Source: Acidobacteriota bacterium
Lineage (GTDB): Bacteria > Acidobacteriota > CAIWXX01
Direction: 5' to 3'
Assembly: GCA_040755995.1 (NCBI GenBank)
Contig: JBFMAF010000036.1
Coordinates: forward strand, 192,001-256,000
Length of the DNA: 64,000 bases
Shown here: piece after piece, positions 7,481 through 17,462 of the stretch
How the letters are laid out: each line of letters starts with the position of its first letter
Position numbering within the stretch: the first letter of the stretch is position 1
Program-made: the position numbers and the translations under genes
Notes under the pieces: model-generated
What the model was told of the DNA's origin: nothing
What the model saw: the letters and a program-made list of their open reading frames with translations, nothing else
The model's database searches: none

Positions 7481-10400
7481 ATGATCAATGAAGAAATGGG
7501 TCCAGCCGTAGATTGTGCGACGCTCCTCGAGCTTCTGAAATCGAGAGCGCGTTCTCAACCTGACCAGCGCGCCTACACCTTCCAGACCGACGGTGCGTCC
7601 GAAGAGCTGCATCTGACGTACGCCGAGCTGGATCGGAGAGCGAGAGCCGTAGCAGCGAAGTTGCAGTCGTTGGGTGCGCCAGGTGGACGCGCCATGCTCC
7701 TCTATCCGCCGGGTTTGGACTACATAGCGGCGTTTTTCGGGTGCCTCTACGCGGACGTCGCCGCCGTGCCCGTCTATCCTCCACGCCCTAACCGCCCCAT
7801 GTCCAGGTTCCTCGCCATCTTCGAAGATGCCCAGGCCGGCGTGGCCCTGACGACCTCCGCGATTCTCCCCGTCGTCGACGCTGTTCTGGGGCGGGATGAG
7901 AAGACGAATTGGATTGCCACCGACGAGACTCCCGGCGACCTGGCACAAACCTGGGATGAACCGCCCGTGCGCGGCGATACCCTCGCGTTCATCCAGTACA
8001 CATCCGGCTCAACATCCAGCCCCAAAGGCGTGATGCTCACGCACGCCAACCTGCTTCACAATCTCGACACGACCTATCACGCGTTCGGGATCACCCCCGG
8101 AAGCCGTGCGGTCATCTGGTTGCCGCCCTATCACGACATGGGCTTGATCGGGGGAATCCTTCAGCCGCTCTATGGGGGCTTTCCGGCGGTCCTGATGTCC
8201 CCCATGACCTTCCTCCAGCAACCGTATCGGTGGCTCCACGCTGTTTCTCGTCACAGGGCCACGGTCAGTGGAGGCCCGAATTTCGCATACGATCTCTGCG
8301 TTCGCAAGATCACGGCCGAGCAGCGAGCGACGCTGGACCTCAGTAGCTGGGTCGCGGCATTCAACGGCGCGGAACCGATCAGGCCGGAGACGATCGATCT
8401 ATTCACGAAGACGTTCGAGCCGTGCGGCTTCAGGAGGGAGGCGTTCTACCCCTGTTACGGGCTCGCAGAAGGCACGTTGATCGTATCCGGCGGCAGCGTG
8501 GCTGACCCGCCGGTCGTGAAGGGGTTCCGGCCGGATGCGCTCGCACAGCACCACGCAGCCGAGTGCGCCATTTCGGACGCCAACGCAAGAAAACTCGTCA
8601 GCAGCGGCCGCGCCGTCGGCCGGCAGCGAATCGTTGTTGTCGATCCCGAGACCCTGATCACGCTGGAGCCCGGCGGCGTCGGCGAGGTCCTGGTATCAGG
8701 CCCGAGTATCGCCCGCGGCTACTGGAATCGGCCCGACGAAACGGCCCGGACGTTTGCAGCCTTCTTGTCGAGCAACGCGGATGGCCCGTTTCTCCGAACC
8801 GGCGACCTCGGGTTTCTTCATGATGGCGAGTTGTTCATCACGGGACGCATCAAGGACCTGATCATCATTCGCGGCCGCAATCACTACCCGCAGGACATCG
8901 AAGCGACCGTCGAGAAGTGCCACCCGGCGATCCGGCCCGGATGCGCGGCGGCATTCTCAGTGGAAGCCGATGAAGAAGAACGTCTCGTGGTTGCCACGGA
9001 AATCAAGCGTGAGCATCGCGGCGAAGACTTGGTTGACGTGATCGACGCCATCCGCCAGGCGATCACAGAGGAGCACGAGATCCAGCTTCACGCAGCGGTG
9101 CTGCTCAGGCCCGGCAGTCTCCCGAAGACATCGAGCGGGAAGGTACAACGTCACGCGTGCCGCGCCGCGTTTCTTGTCGGCGAGCTCGAGGCGGCAGGCG
9201 AGTGGAAGGAGTCTGCGGTCATCACTCAGCCCGACACGCTGGTCGAGTCCCAGGAGCAGTTCGAGAGATGGCTCACGGATCAGCTCGCCGCCCGGCTCAG
9301 GGTCCCGTCCGCGTCGATTGATGCGCACCAGTCGCTGAACCGCTACGCCCTCGACTCCTTGAATGCAATCGAGCTGGCGCATGTGATCGAGCAGCAGGTG
9401 GCCGTTCACATTCCCCTGGAGAGGATCTTCGAGGGGCCGACTATCGCCGAACTGGCTCGCGAGGCGTGGGCACGACGGACAGCACCCGCCCGGCCGTACG
9501 TTCCTGCTCCACCCGCCGAATCGATGACCAAACACCCGCTCTCGGCCGGCCAGCGAGCGCTCTGGTTCTTGCATCAACTGGAGCCCGAGAGTGCGGCTTA
9601 CAACGTCCCCGCCGCCGTCCGTCTTCTGGGCGACCTGGATGTCCCGGCGCTCCATCGAGCATTCGGATCCCTCGCCGGCCGGCACCCCATCCTGCGAATG
9701 ACCTTCGCATCCGTCGGCGGCGAACCCGTCCAGGAAGCTCGTAACGATCCGAGCTTCGAGCAGCTCGACGCATCCACCTGGGACGACGAAGCGGTGCGGA
9801 AGCAACTCAACGACGAGGCCAACCGGCCGTTCGATCTGCAACGCGGTCCCCTGATGCGAGTCCGGCTCCTGCGCAGGTACGATCGCGAGCATCTTCTCAT
9901 GCTCAACATGCACCATATCATCACCGACTTCTGGTCGCAGGCAGTGATCATGCGGGATCTCGGCCAACTGTACGAGGCCGAAAGGAGCGGCCGCGCTGCG
10001 GATCTCCCGTCTCTGGCTCTCCAGTATTCTGATTTCGCTCGCATCCAGGACGAGATGCTGGGCGGGCCGGAAGGAGAGCGGCTCCGAGCCTTTTGGCAGA
10101 AGCAGCTCGCGGGCGAGCTGCCGATCCTGAATCTGCGCACGGATCGGCCCCGCCCACCGGTCCAGACCTATCGCGGTGCGGTGCAGCCCGTCACGGTCGA
10201 CGAGGACGATTGGAGCCGGTTGAAGGATCTCGGCCGCAGAAACAATGCAACCCCGTTCATGACGCTCCTCGCCGCCTTCCACGTCCTGCTCCGCCGCTAC
10301 ACCGGGCAGCGCGACATCGTGATCGGCGCACCCATGGCGGGGAGAAGCCGGGCACAGCTATCCAACATGCTGGGATACTTCGTCAACCCGGTCGCTCTGC

Positions 10401-13400
10401 GCACGGAGTCCTCCGGTGATGCCACCTTTTCCGAGCACCTCGCACGCGCCAGGCGGACTGTGCTCGGCGCCTTCGAACACCAGGACTACCCGTTCGCCAC
10501 CGTAGTCGAACAAATTCAGCCGGCGCGCGACCCGAGCCGCACGCCGGTGTTCCAGGTCATGCTCGCCCTGCAGAATGCGCCTGCATTCGAAGGACAGAGC
10601 CTTACTCCCTTCGCGCTGGGCGCCGGGGATGCTCGTGTCCAGTGGTGCGGGCTTTCGCTTGAATCGTTCCCGCTCGATCATTCGATTGCCCAGTTCGACC
10701 TCACTCTGAACGCCGGCGAAGTCGACGGAGCGCTGCGCGGAGCACTGAACTACAACACCGATCTCTTCGACGCATCCACGATCGCAAGGATGGCGCGGCA
10801 TTTCCAGCAGCTACTCCGGAGCATCGTCGCCGCCCCGCACCAGCGGCTCTCCGAGTTGCCCATTCTCACCGAAGCCGAGGAACGGCGGCAGACGGTGGAG
10901 TGGAACTCGACGCACCAGGAGTTTCCGGTGGACTCCTGCATACACGAGCTGTTCGACGCTCAGGCATCGCAGACCCCCGACTCGGTCGCCGTGATCTTCC
11001 AGGACCAGAAGCTGACCTACCGGGACCTCGCACGAAAGGCGGATCTGCTGGCTGCGCGCCTGCGGGCGCTGGGAGTCGGCCCAGAGGCTCTCGTGGGAAT
11101 CTGCATGGAAGGCTCCATCGAGATGATCGTGGCCATCGCCGGCGTCCTGAAGGCGGGCGGCGCGTACGTGCCTCTAGATCCCCTGTATCCGATCGAGCGC
11201 CTGGCGTTCATGATCGAAGATGCCTGTCCTCAGTTGGTATTGACGCTGGAGAAGCACCAGCCATCGCTTCCACCCGCTGCGCTCGCGATCAGCCTCGATG
11301 CCGCCTGGGACGTACCCATCTACACGGGGGCTGCGGCCCCTGCTGCCGCCAGCAGCAATGCCGCCTGCCTGATCTATACCTCGGGTTCGACGGGCGAGCC
11401 GAAAGGAGTCGTCATTACTCATCGGAGCATTGTGAACCTGATCACGTCTTTCGTGCGGAGCTACCGGGCCGACGAGACTGACCGCGTACTCCCGCTCACG
11501 GCCGCGACTTCGGCAAGCTTTGTCGGCGAGATACTCCCGATACTGTGCACCGGCGGAGCCGTCGTGCTGCCGGACAGGGAGGAGACGCTGGATTTCACCA
11601 AGCTCTTTGAGCTCCTCGCGCGCCACGGCGTGACAATCCTCAGCACCGTCCCTGCGATGGTCCGGATGATCAACCAATTGAAGGACCGGCTGCCGAAGCT
11701 GAGGCTACTGATGAGTGGGGGCGAAGCCCTCATGGCATCAGACATTGACAAGCTTCTCGATACGGCAACGCTCATCAATGGATACGGCCTGACCGAGACC
11801 ACGATCTGCTCCACCTATCGCCGCCTGGACAAGTCCGATCTCATGTCCCCTGGAGCCGTCTCCATCGGCAAGCCTGTGATGAACAACCGGGTCTACATCC
11901 TGGATGAAGATCTCCGCAGTTGCCCGATCGGATCGCCGGGAGAGATGTACGTTGCCGGAGACGGACTGGCCAGGGGCTACCTGAACAACGCGGGATTGAC
12001 GGCGGAGAGGTTCATTCCGTGCCCGTTCGAGCGCGGTGAACGGATGTACCGAACCGGTGACCTGGCCGCATGGTTGCCCGACGGCGGCATCGAGTTCCTG
12101 GGCCGGATCGACCACCAGGTTAAGATCCGCGGCTTCAGGATCGATCTGGGCGAGATCGAGACCGTCCTGGACAGCCACCAGGGCGTGCGGGAATCGCTCG
12201 TGAGGCTCCGGGCTGATGTCCCCGGAGAGAAGCACCTGGTCGCCTATATCGTGCCTCGCGATGAAAAGGCGGCGCCCACGGCAGGCGACCTCCTCGACTT
12301 CCTCCGTTCGAAGCTGCCCGGCTACATGGTGCCGTCTGCATTCGTCGTCCTGGATGCGGTGCCGCGCCTCTCGAGCGGGAAGATCGACTTCAACAGCCTG
12401 CCGGTCCCCGAGGGTGCGCGGCCCGAGCTGAGAGCGGAGTTTGTCGCTCCGCGCAGCGAGCTGGAGGAAATCATCGCGAGGGTCTGGCGGGATGCATTGC
12501 GGGTCGAGAAGGTCGGCATCAACGACAACTTCTTCGACCTGGGCGGGCACTCGCTGCTCCTCACGAAGGTCCACACGCAGATCCGTGACGCGCTCAAGAG
12601 AGACCTGTCGCTGATCGATCTATTCAGGTACCCGACAGTGAGCGCGCTCGCGCGGCATCTGAGTCCGCGAGAGACGGACGAGCCGCTGCAGATTCAGAGG
12701 AGCGTCGAGCACGCGGCACGGCGCCGGCAAGCGAGGGATGTGTCGCAGAGAGAGATCGCCATCATCGGAATGACCGGCCGGTTCCCCGGCGCCAGGGGTG
12801 TTGAAGCTCTCTGGGACAACCTGCGAAACGGCGTTGAGTCGATCACGTTCTTCACGGACGATGAGCTCGAGGCCCTCGGGATCGACCGCTCGCTGTTAAG
12901 CAACCCCGACTACATCAAGGCCAAGGGAATCCTGGGAGACATCGATCTCTTCGATGCCCACTTCTTCGGACTGAATCCTCGCGAAACGGAGCTGATGGAT
13001 CCGCAGCACCGCCTGATGCTCGAGTGCTGCTGGGAAGCGCTCGAACGAGCGGGATACGATGCGGACCGGTACCAGGGCAGGGTGGGCGTCTACGCCGGCG
13101 AGAGCATGAACACCTACTTGATCACGAACCTACTCTCGCACATGGAGCTCGTGGCATCGGTTGACACTCTGCAGGCATCGCTCGGTAATGACAAGGACCC
13201 GCTCACGTCTCGGGTCTCATACAAGCTCAACCTCAAGGGCCCGAGCATCACCATACAATCCGCATCGTCGACGTCCCTGGTCGCAGTACATGTCGCCTGC
13301 CAGAGTCTGCTGGACTACGAGTGCGACATGGCGCTGGCAGGCGGGGCGTCGATACACCTGCCGGAGAAGTCGGGATACCTCTTCCACGAGGGTGGCACCA

Positions 13401-16400
13401 CCTCCCGGCACGGTCATTGCCGGGCATTCGACTCACAGGCGGACGGCTTCGTCAGCGGGAACGGCGTCGGAGTCGTGGTGCTGAAGCGCCTGGCCGATGC
13501 GCTGGCCGACGGCGACAACATCTATGCGGTGATCAAGGGCTCCGCCTGCAACAACGACGGATCGGAGAAGGTGAGCTTCATGGCGCCGAGTGTGGAGGGA
13601 CAGGTGGAGCTCTACACCATGGCCCACGCGATCGCAGGCGTTTCTCCGGACTCCATCTCCTACGTCGAGGCTCACGGCACCGGCACGGCGCTCGGTGACC
13701 CGATCGAAATCGAGTCGCTGACGCAGGCCTTCCGCACAAGTTCCGACCGCAAGGGCTACTGCGCGATCGGGTCGCTGAAGACGAACATCGGCCACCTCGA
13801 CACGGCCGCCGGCGTCTGCGGCCTCATCAAGGCCGCCATGGCACTCCATCACAAGATGATCCCCCCTACGCTCCACTTCCAGGCGCCCAATCCACAGATC
13901 GACTTCGAAAACAGCCCCTTCTTCGTCAATACAGAGTGCCGGGAGTGGAAGACGAACGGAACGCCGAGAAGGGCTGGGGTGACGTCTTTGGGGATGGGCG
14001 GTACCAACGCGCATGTCATCCTCGAGGAGGCGCCGCAGCTGAAGCCGTCGGGTGATTCGAGATGCCGGCAGCTTCTGGTGCTCTCCGCCAAGACCGCCAC
14101 CGCGCTGGAAGCGCAAACGGCGAGCCTCATCGAGCATCTGAAGCGCAGCCCGGACGCGGATCTCGCCGACGTCGCCTACACGCTTCAGTGCGGCCGGCAG
14201 CGGTTCAACCACCGCCGGACGGCGCTCTGCGAGAGCTCGGAAGACGCGATCGCCGCGCTCGAGACGCTCGATCCCGACCGCGTCGCAGACGCGACCGAAG
14301 AACCGGGCGATCGATCTCTTGTGTTCATGTTCACGGGGCAGGGGGCACAGCACGTCGACATGGGGTTGGGACTGTACAGATCGGAGCCGGTCTTCAGAGC
14401 GGAGGTGGATCGCTGCTCCGAGCTGCTGGAGCCTCATCTCGGATTCGATATCAGGACGATCATCTATCCACCCGAGGAATCCTCCGAGACGATGACCGAG
14501 CGGCTTCGGCAGACAGCCGTCGCTCAGCCCGCGCTGTTTCTCATCGAATATGCCCTCGCGAAGCTCTGGACGAAGTGGGGTCTGCGCCCGCAGGCCATGA
14601 TCGGTCACAGCCTGGGCGAGTATGTGGCGGCATGTCTGGCAGGCGTAATGGCGCTCGAAGACGCACTCAAGCTGGTGGCAGTCCGCGGCCGCCTGATGCA
14701 GCAGATGCCGCCAGGCTCGATGCTCGCCGTGCCGCTGCCCGACACGGAGCTCCAGCCTCTGCTGGGTCCCGGTCTCTCGATCGCCGCGATCAACCACCCG
14801 TCGCAGTCTGTCGCCTCGGGCGACGAGGACGCCATCAGGGAGTTGGAGGAGCAGATGGGCGCACGGGGCATCGCATGCCGTCGCCTGCAGACGTCGCACG
14901 CTTTCCACTCGCAGATGATGGACCCGATGTTGGCGGTTTTCACCGAAACGGTGTCGAAGGTGGCGTTGAAGCCCCCAAGACTCCCCTACATCTCGAATGT
15001 GACCGGCACATGGGTTCGACCGGAGCAGGCGACGGATCCGGCATACTGGGCACGGCAGCTCCGCCACGCCGTCCGATTCGCCGACGGGCTGGCCGAGCTT
15101 CTGAGAACCCCGCGGCAGGTGCTCCTCGAGGTCGGGCCCGGAAGCAGCCTCAGCACGCTCGCCCGCCAACACCCAATGCGTGCGACCCATCATGTCGTGG
15201 TCTCGTCTCTCCCGCATCAGAAAGAGCGCAACCCCGACGATGCGCACGCACTGAAGACGCTCGGCAGGCTCTGGCTCGCCGGTCTTGACGTCGATTGGCC
15301 TGCTTTCTACGAGGGAGAACGCCGCCGCCGCGTCTTGCTTCCCACGTATCCACTCGAACGGCGCCGGTACTGGGTCGAGCCGAAGAAGTCTGACGGGGTC
15401 GGCCGCAGGACAACGGGAGGCAGGCGCAAGATCGATGAGTGGTTCTATGCGCCGATCTGGAAACAGTCGCGAATAGCCAACCTGCGCAGGACCGGGAGTG
15501 CCGGCAATGGGACGTCTACGTGGCTGCTGTTCTGCGACGAGCTGGGGCTGGGATCGAGACTGGCAGCCAGATTGAAGGCCGCGGGCCACACGATTGCCCT
15601 GGCAGGCATCGGAGACCGATTCCGAAGGCGCGCCGACGGCCAGTTCGAAATCGATCCGGCGGATCGACGCGACTACGATCTTCTTCTGCAGGCCATCCGA
15701 TTCGAGCCTTCGGCTGTCGTGCATCTCTGGGGCGTCGGCCGAGGCAGGAGCGGGAATGGATCGGACCGCGCCCGCGACGATCGAATCTTCACCAGCCTTC
15801 TCTACCTCGCTCAGGCTCTCGGGAAACAGAGCTCCGCTGGTCCCCTGCGCCTGTGGGTTGTCAGTGACGGCCTTCACGAGGTGACAGGAGAAGAAGTGTT
15901 AAGTCCGGAGATGGCGACGATACTCGGCGCCTGCCGCACGATACCGAATGAGTACGGCAACATCACCTGCCACAGCCTTGACGTTGTGGTCCCGCATTCG
16001 GGGCTCGATGACCTTGCAGATCAGGTACTGCGCGAGCTCACACTGGATGCGCCCGGGACTGTCATGGCGCTGCGAGGGAAGTCTCGATGGGTTCAGAGCT
16101 ACGAGCACGTCGCGCTCAACGGTCTTGATGGACAGACGAGGCGTCTGCGCGAAGGCGGCGTCTACTTGGTCACGGGCGGTCTCGGCGGCATCGGCATGGA
16201 GCTCGCAACGTACCTCGCGCAGCGAGCACGGGCCAGGTTGGTGCTCATCGGGCGGTCACCGTTCCCGCACAGAAACGAGTGGGAGAGTTGGCTCACGTCG
16301 CACGACAGCCATGACCCGACGTGCCGGCAGATCATGCGGCTTCGCGCCCTGGAGCACCTGGGCGCGGAGGTGCTCGTTCTGCGCGCCGACGTTGCGGACC

Positions 16401-17353
16401 TGGAGCAGCTGCGAGCGGTGAAAGCCGCGGCGCGCGCGCGATTCGGAGGGGTGAACGGAATCATCCATGCGGCTGGTGTACCGGGAGGCGGCCTCATACA
16501 GACCAGGACTCCGCAATCGGTTGAGGCCGTGTTCGCTCCGAAGATCCTCGGGACGCTCAACCTCGACGAGGTCTTCAAGGACGAACCACTGGACTTCGTG
16601 GTTCTGTGTTCGTCGATCACCTCGATACTGGGCCATGTCGGCCAGGCGGACTATGCCGCGGCCAGTGCTTTCCTCGACTCCTTCGCTTGCCACAAGACGG
16701 ACACGGATCGAGTCTACTGGGTCTCAGTGAATTGGGATGCCTGGCAATCCGTGGGAATGGCGGTCAACACTCCGGTGCCGGCCGAGCTGCGAGAGTGGCG
16801 GCAGGAGGAGCTGCGCAAGGGGATTCTTCCCGCAGAGGGCGTCGATGTCTTCGCGCGCATCCTTCAGAGCGACCTCCCGCAGGTCGTAGTCTCGACTCAG
16901 GACCTGCAGACGCGGATGGAGCACCGGGGAGTGCCCGTGAATCTGGAGGAGTCAGGGAAGCCGCAGGAGCTTCATCCGAGACCAGTGCTCGGAAACGCCT
17001 ACGTGAGTCCGGCGAGCGAATCAGAACGGACCATCGCGAGAATCTGGCAGGAACTGCTGGGCATCGAGCAGGTCGGAGCCCACGACAATTTCTTCGATCT
17101 GGGCGGCAACTCGCTGATCGCTCTTCGGATCATCGCGCGCATGAAGAGCGAGCTTGGCGTCACGCTGCCGGATGTGAGCCTGTTCGAAGCTCCGACCGTT
17201 CGCAGTCTCGCCAGAATTCTGGCTCCGGCGTCCGCCGGCGAACCCGCTCTCGAAGAGAGCCGCAGCAGGGGCGAGATGCGGAGGGCGCGAGCGCCTCGAC
17301 GTCGTGACCCCCTGACACCACAGCAGCCCGAAGCGGTTCCGGTCAGGAGTTGA
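7481..17353 (+). CDS. FAAL-ACP-C-A-PCP-KS-AT-KR-ACP hybrid megasynthase
   Basis: FAAL (FIQYTSGSTSSPKG, WLPPYHDMGLIG, CYGLAE), ACP (LDSL), C (HHIITDFWS), A (YTSGSTGEPKG), PCP (GGHSL), KS (QSASSTSL, HGTGT, NIGH), AT (GHSLG, HAFH = malonyl-type), KR (GGLGGIG, YAAAS) and ACP (GGNSL). Confidence 0.95.
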   Translation: MINEEMGPAVDCATLLELLKSRARSQPDQRAYTFQTDGASEELHLTYAELDRRARAVAAKLQSLGAPGGRAMLLYPPGLDYIAAFFGCLYADVAAVPVYPPRPNRPMSRFLAIFEDAQAGVALTTSAILPVVDAVLGRDEKTNWIATDETPGDLAQTWDEPPVRGDTLAFIQYTSGSTSSPKGVMLTHANLLHNLDTTYHAFGITPGSRAVIWLPPYHDMGLIGGILQPLYGGFPAVLMSPMTFLQQPYRWLHAVSRHRATVSGGPNFAYDLCVRKITAEQRATLDLSSWVAAFNGAEPIRPETIDLFTKTFEPCGFRREAFYPCYGLAEGTLIVSGGSVADPPVVKGFRPDALAQHHAAECAISDANARKLVSSGRAVGRQRIVVVDPETLITLEPGGVGEVLVSGPSIARGYWNRPDETARTFAAFLSSNADGPFLRTGDLGFLHDGELFITGRIKDLIIIRGRNHYPQDIEATVEKCHPAIRPGCAAAFSVEADEEERLVVATEIKREHRGEDLVDVIDAIRQAITEEHEIQLHAAVLLRPGSLPKTSSGKVQRHACRAAFLVGELEAAGEWKESAVITQPDTLVESQEQFERWLTDQLAARLRVPSASIDAHQSLNRYALDSLNAIELAHVIEQQVAVHIPLERIFEGPTIAELAREAWARRTAPARPYVPAPPAESMTKHPLSAGQRALWFLHQLEPESAAYNVPAAVRLLGDLDVPALHRAFGSLAGRHPILRMTFASVGGEPVQEARNDPSFEQLDASTWDDEAVRKQLNDEANRPFDLQRGPLMRVRLLRRYDREHLLMLNMHHIITDFWSQAVIMRDLGQLYEAERSGRAADLPSLALQYSDFARIQDEMLGGPEGERLRAFWQKQLAGELPILNLRTDRPRPPVQTYRGAVQPVTVDEDDWSRLKDLGRRNNATPFMTLLAAFHVLLRRYTGQRDIVIGAPMAGRSRAQLSNMLGYFVNPVALRTESSGDATFSEHLARARRTVLGAFEHQDYPFATVVEQIQPARDPSRTPVFQVMLALQNAPAFEGQSLTPFALGAGDARVQWCGLSLESFPLDHSIAQFDLTLNAGEVDGALRGALNYNTDLFDASTIARMARHFQQLLRSIVAAPHQRLSELPILTEAEERRQTVEWNSTHQEFPVDSCIHELFDAQASQTPDSVAVIFQDQKLTYRDLARKADLLAARLRALGVGPEALVGICMEGSIEMIVAIAGVLKAGGAYVPLDPLYPIERLAFMIEDACPQLVLTLEKHQPSLPPAALAISLDAAWDVPIYTGAAAPAAASSNAACLIYTSGSTGEPKGVVITHRSIVNLITSFVRSYRADETDRVLPLTAATSASFVGEILPILCTGGAVVLPDREETLDFTKLFELLARHGVTILSTVPAMVRMINQLKDRLPKLRLLMSGGEALMASDIDKLLDTATLINGYGLTETTICSTYRRLDKSDLMSPGAVSIGKPVMNNRVYILDEDLRSCPIGSPGEMYVAGDGLARGYLNNAGLTAERFIPCPFERGERMYRTGDLAAWLPDGGIEFLGRIDHQVKIRGFRIDLGEIETVLDSHQGVRESLVRLRADVPGEKHLVAYIVPRDEKAAPTAGDLLDFLRSKLPGYMVPSAFVVLDAVPRLSSGKIDFNSLPVPEGARPELRAEFVAPRSELEEIIARVWRDALRVEKVGINDNFFDLGGHSLLLTKVHTQIRDALKRDLSLIDLFRYPTVSALARHLSPRETDEPLQIQRSVEHAARRRQARDVSQREIAIIGMTGRFPGARGVEALWDNLRNGVESITFFTDDELEALGIDRSLLSNPDYIKAKGILGDIDLFDAHFFGLNPRETELMDPQHRLMLECCWEALERAGYDADRYQGRVGVYAGESMNTYLITNLLSHMELVASVDTLQASLGNDKDPLTSRVSYKLNLKGPSITIQSASSTSLVAVHVACQSLLDYECDMALAGGASIHLPEKSGYLFHEGGTTSRHGHCRAFDSQADGFVSGNGVGVVVLKRLADALADGDNIYAVIKGSACNNDGSEKVSFMAPSVEGQVELYTMAHAIAGVSPDSISYVEAHGTGTALGDPIEIESLTQAFRTSSDRKGYCAIGSLKTNIGHLDTAAGVCGLIKAAMALHHKMIPPTLHFQAPNPQIDFENSPFFVNTECREWKTNGTPRRAGVTSLGMGGTNAHVILEEAPQLKPSGDSRCRQLLVLSAKTATALEAQTASLIEHLKRSPDADLADVAYTLQCGRQRFNHRRTALCESSEDAIAALETLDPDRVADATEEPGDRSLVFMFTGQGAQHVDMGLGLYRSEPVFRAEVDRCSELLEPHLGFDIRTIIYPPEESSETMTERLRQTAVAQPALFLIEYALAKLWTKWGLRPQAMIGHSLGEYVAACLAGVMALEDALKLVAVRGRLMQQMPPGSMLAVPLPDTELQPLLGPGLSIAAINHPSQSVASGDEDAIRELEEQMGARGIACRRLQTSHAFHSQMMDPMLAVFTETVSKVALKPPRLPYISNVTGTWVRPEQATDPAYWARQLRHAVRFADGLAELLRTPRQVLLEVGPGSSLSTLARQHPMRATHHVVVSSLPHQKERNPDDAHALKTLGRLWLAGLDVDWPAFYEGERRRRVLLPTYPLERRRYWVEPKKSDGVGRRTTGGRRKIDEWFYAPIWKQSRIANLRRTGSAGNGTSTWLLFCDELGLGSRLAARLKAAGHTIALAGIGDRFRRRADGQFEIDPADRRDYDLLLQAIRFEPSAVVHLWGVGRGRSGNGSDRARDDRIFTSLLYLAQALGKQSSAGPLRLWVVSDGLHEVTGEEVLSPEMATILGACRTIPNEYGNITCHSLDVVVPHSGLDDLADQVLRELTLDAPGTVMALRGKSRWVQSYEHVALNGLDGQTRRLREGGVYLVTGGLGGIGMELATYLAQRARARLVLIGRSPFPHRNEWESWLTSHDSHDPTCRQIMRLRALEHLGAEVLVLRADVADLEQLRAVKAAARARFGGVNGIIHAAGVPGGGLIQTRTPQSVEAVFAPKILGTLNLDEVFKDEPLDFVVLCSSITSILGHVGQADYAAASAFLDSFACHKTDTDRVYWVSVNWDAWQSVGMAVNTPVPAELREWRQEELRKGILPAEGVDVFARILQSDLPQVVVSTQDLQTRMEHRGVPVNLEESGKPQELHPRPVLGNAYVSPASESERTIARIWQELLGIEQVGAHDNFFDLGGNSLIALRIIARMKSELGVTLPDVSLFEAPTVRSLARILAPASAGEPALEESRSRGEMRRARAPRRRDPLTPQQPEAVPVRS

Positions 17354-17462
17354 GACGGCAATGCGGCCCATTCGTTGTCATCGGCTGCTGAGGGCCGGAT
17401 CGCAGCCGTCGCGTCAGCACACTTCTCGGAGATGGTTCGGGCTATTAAGCGGAGCGTTTGAA

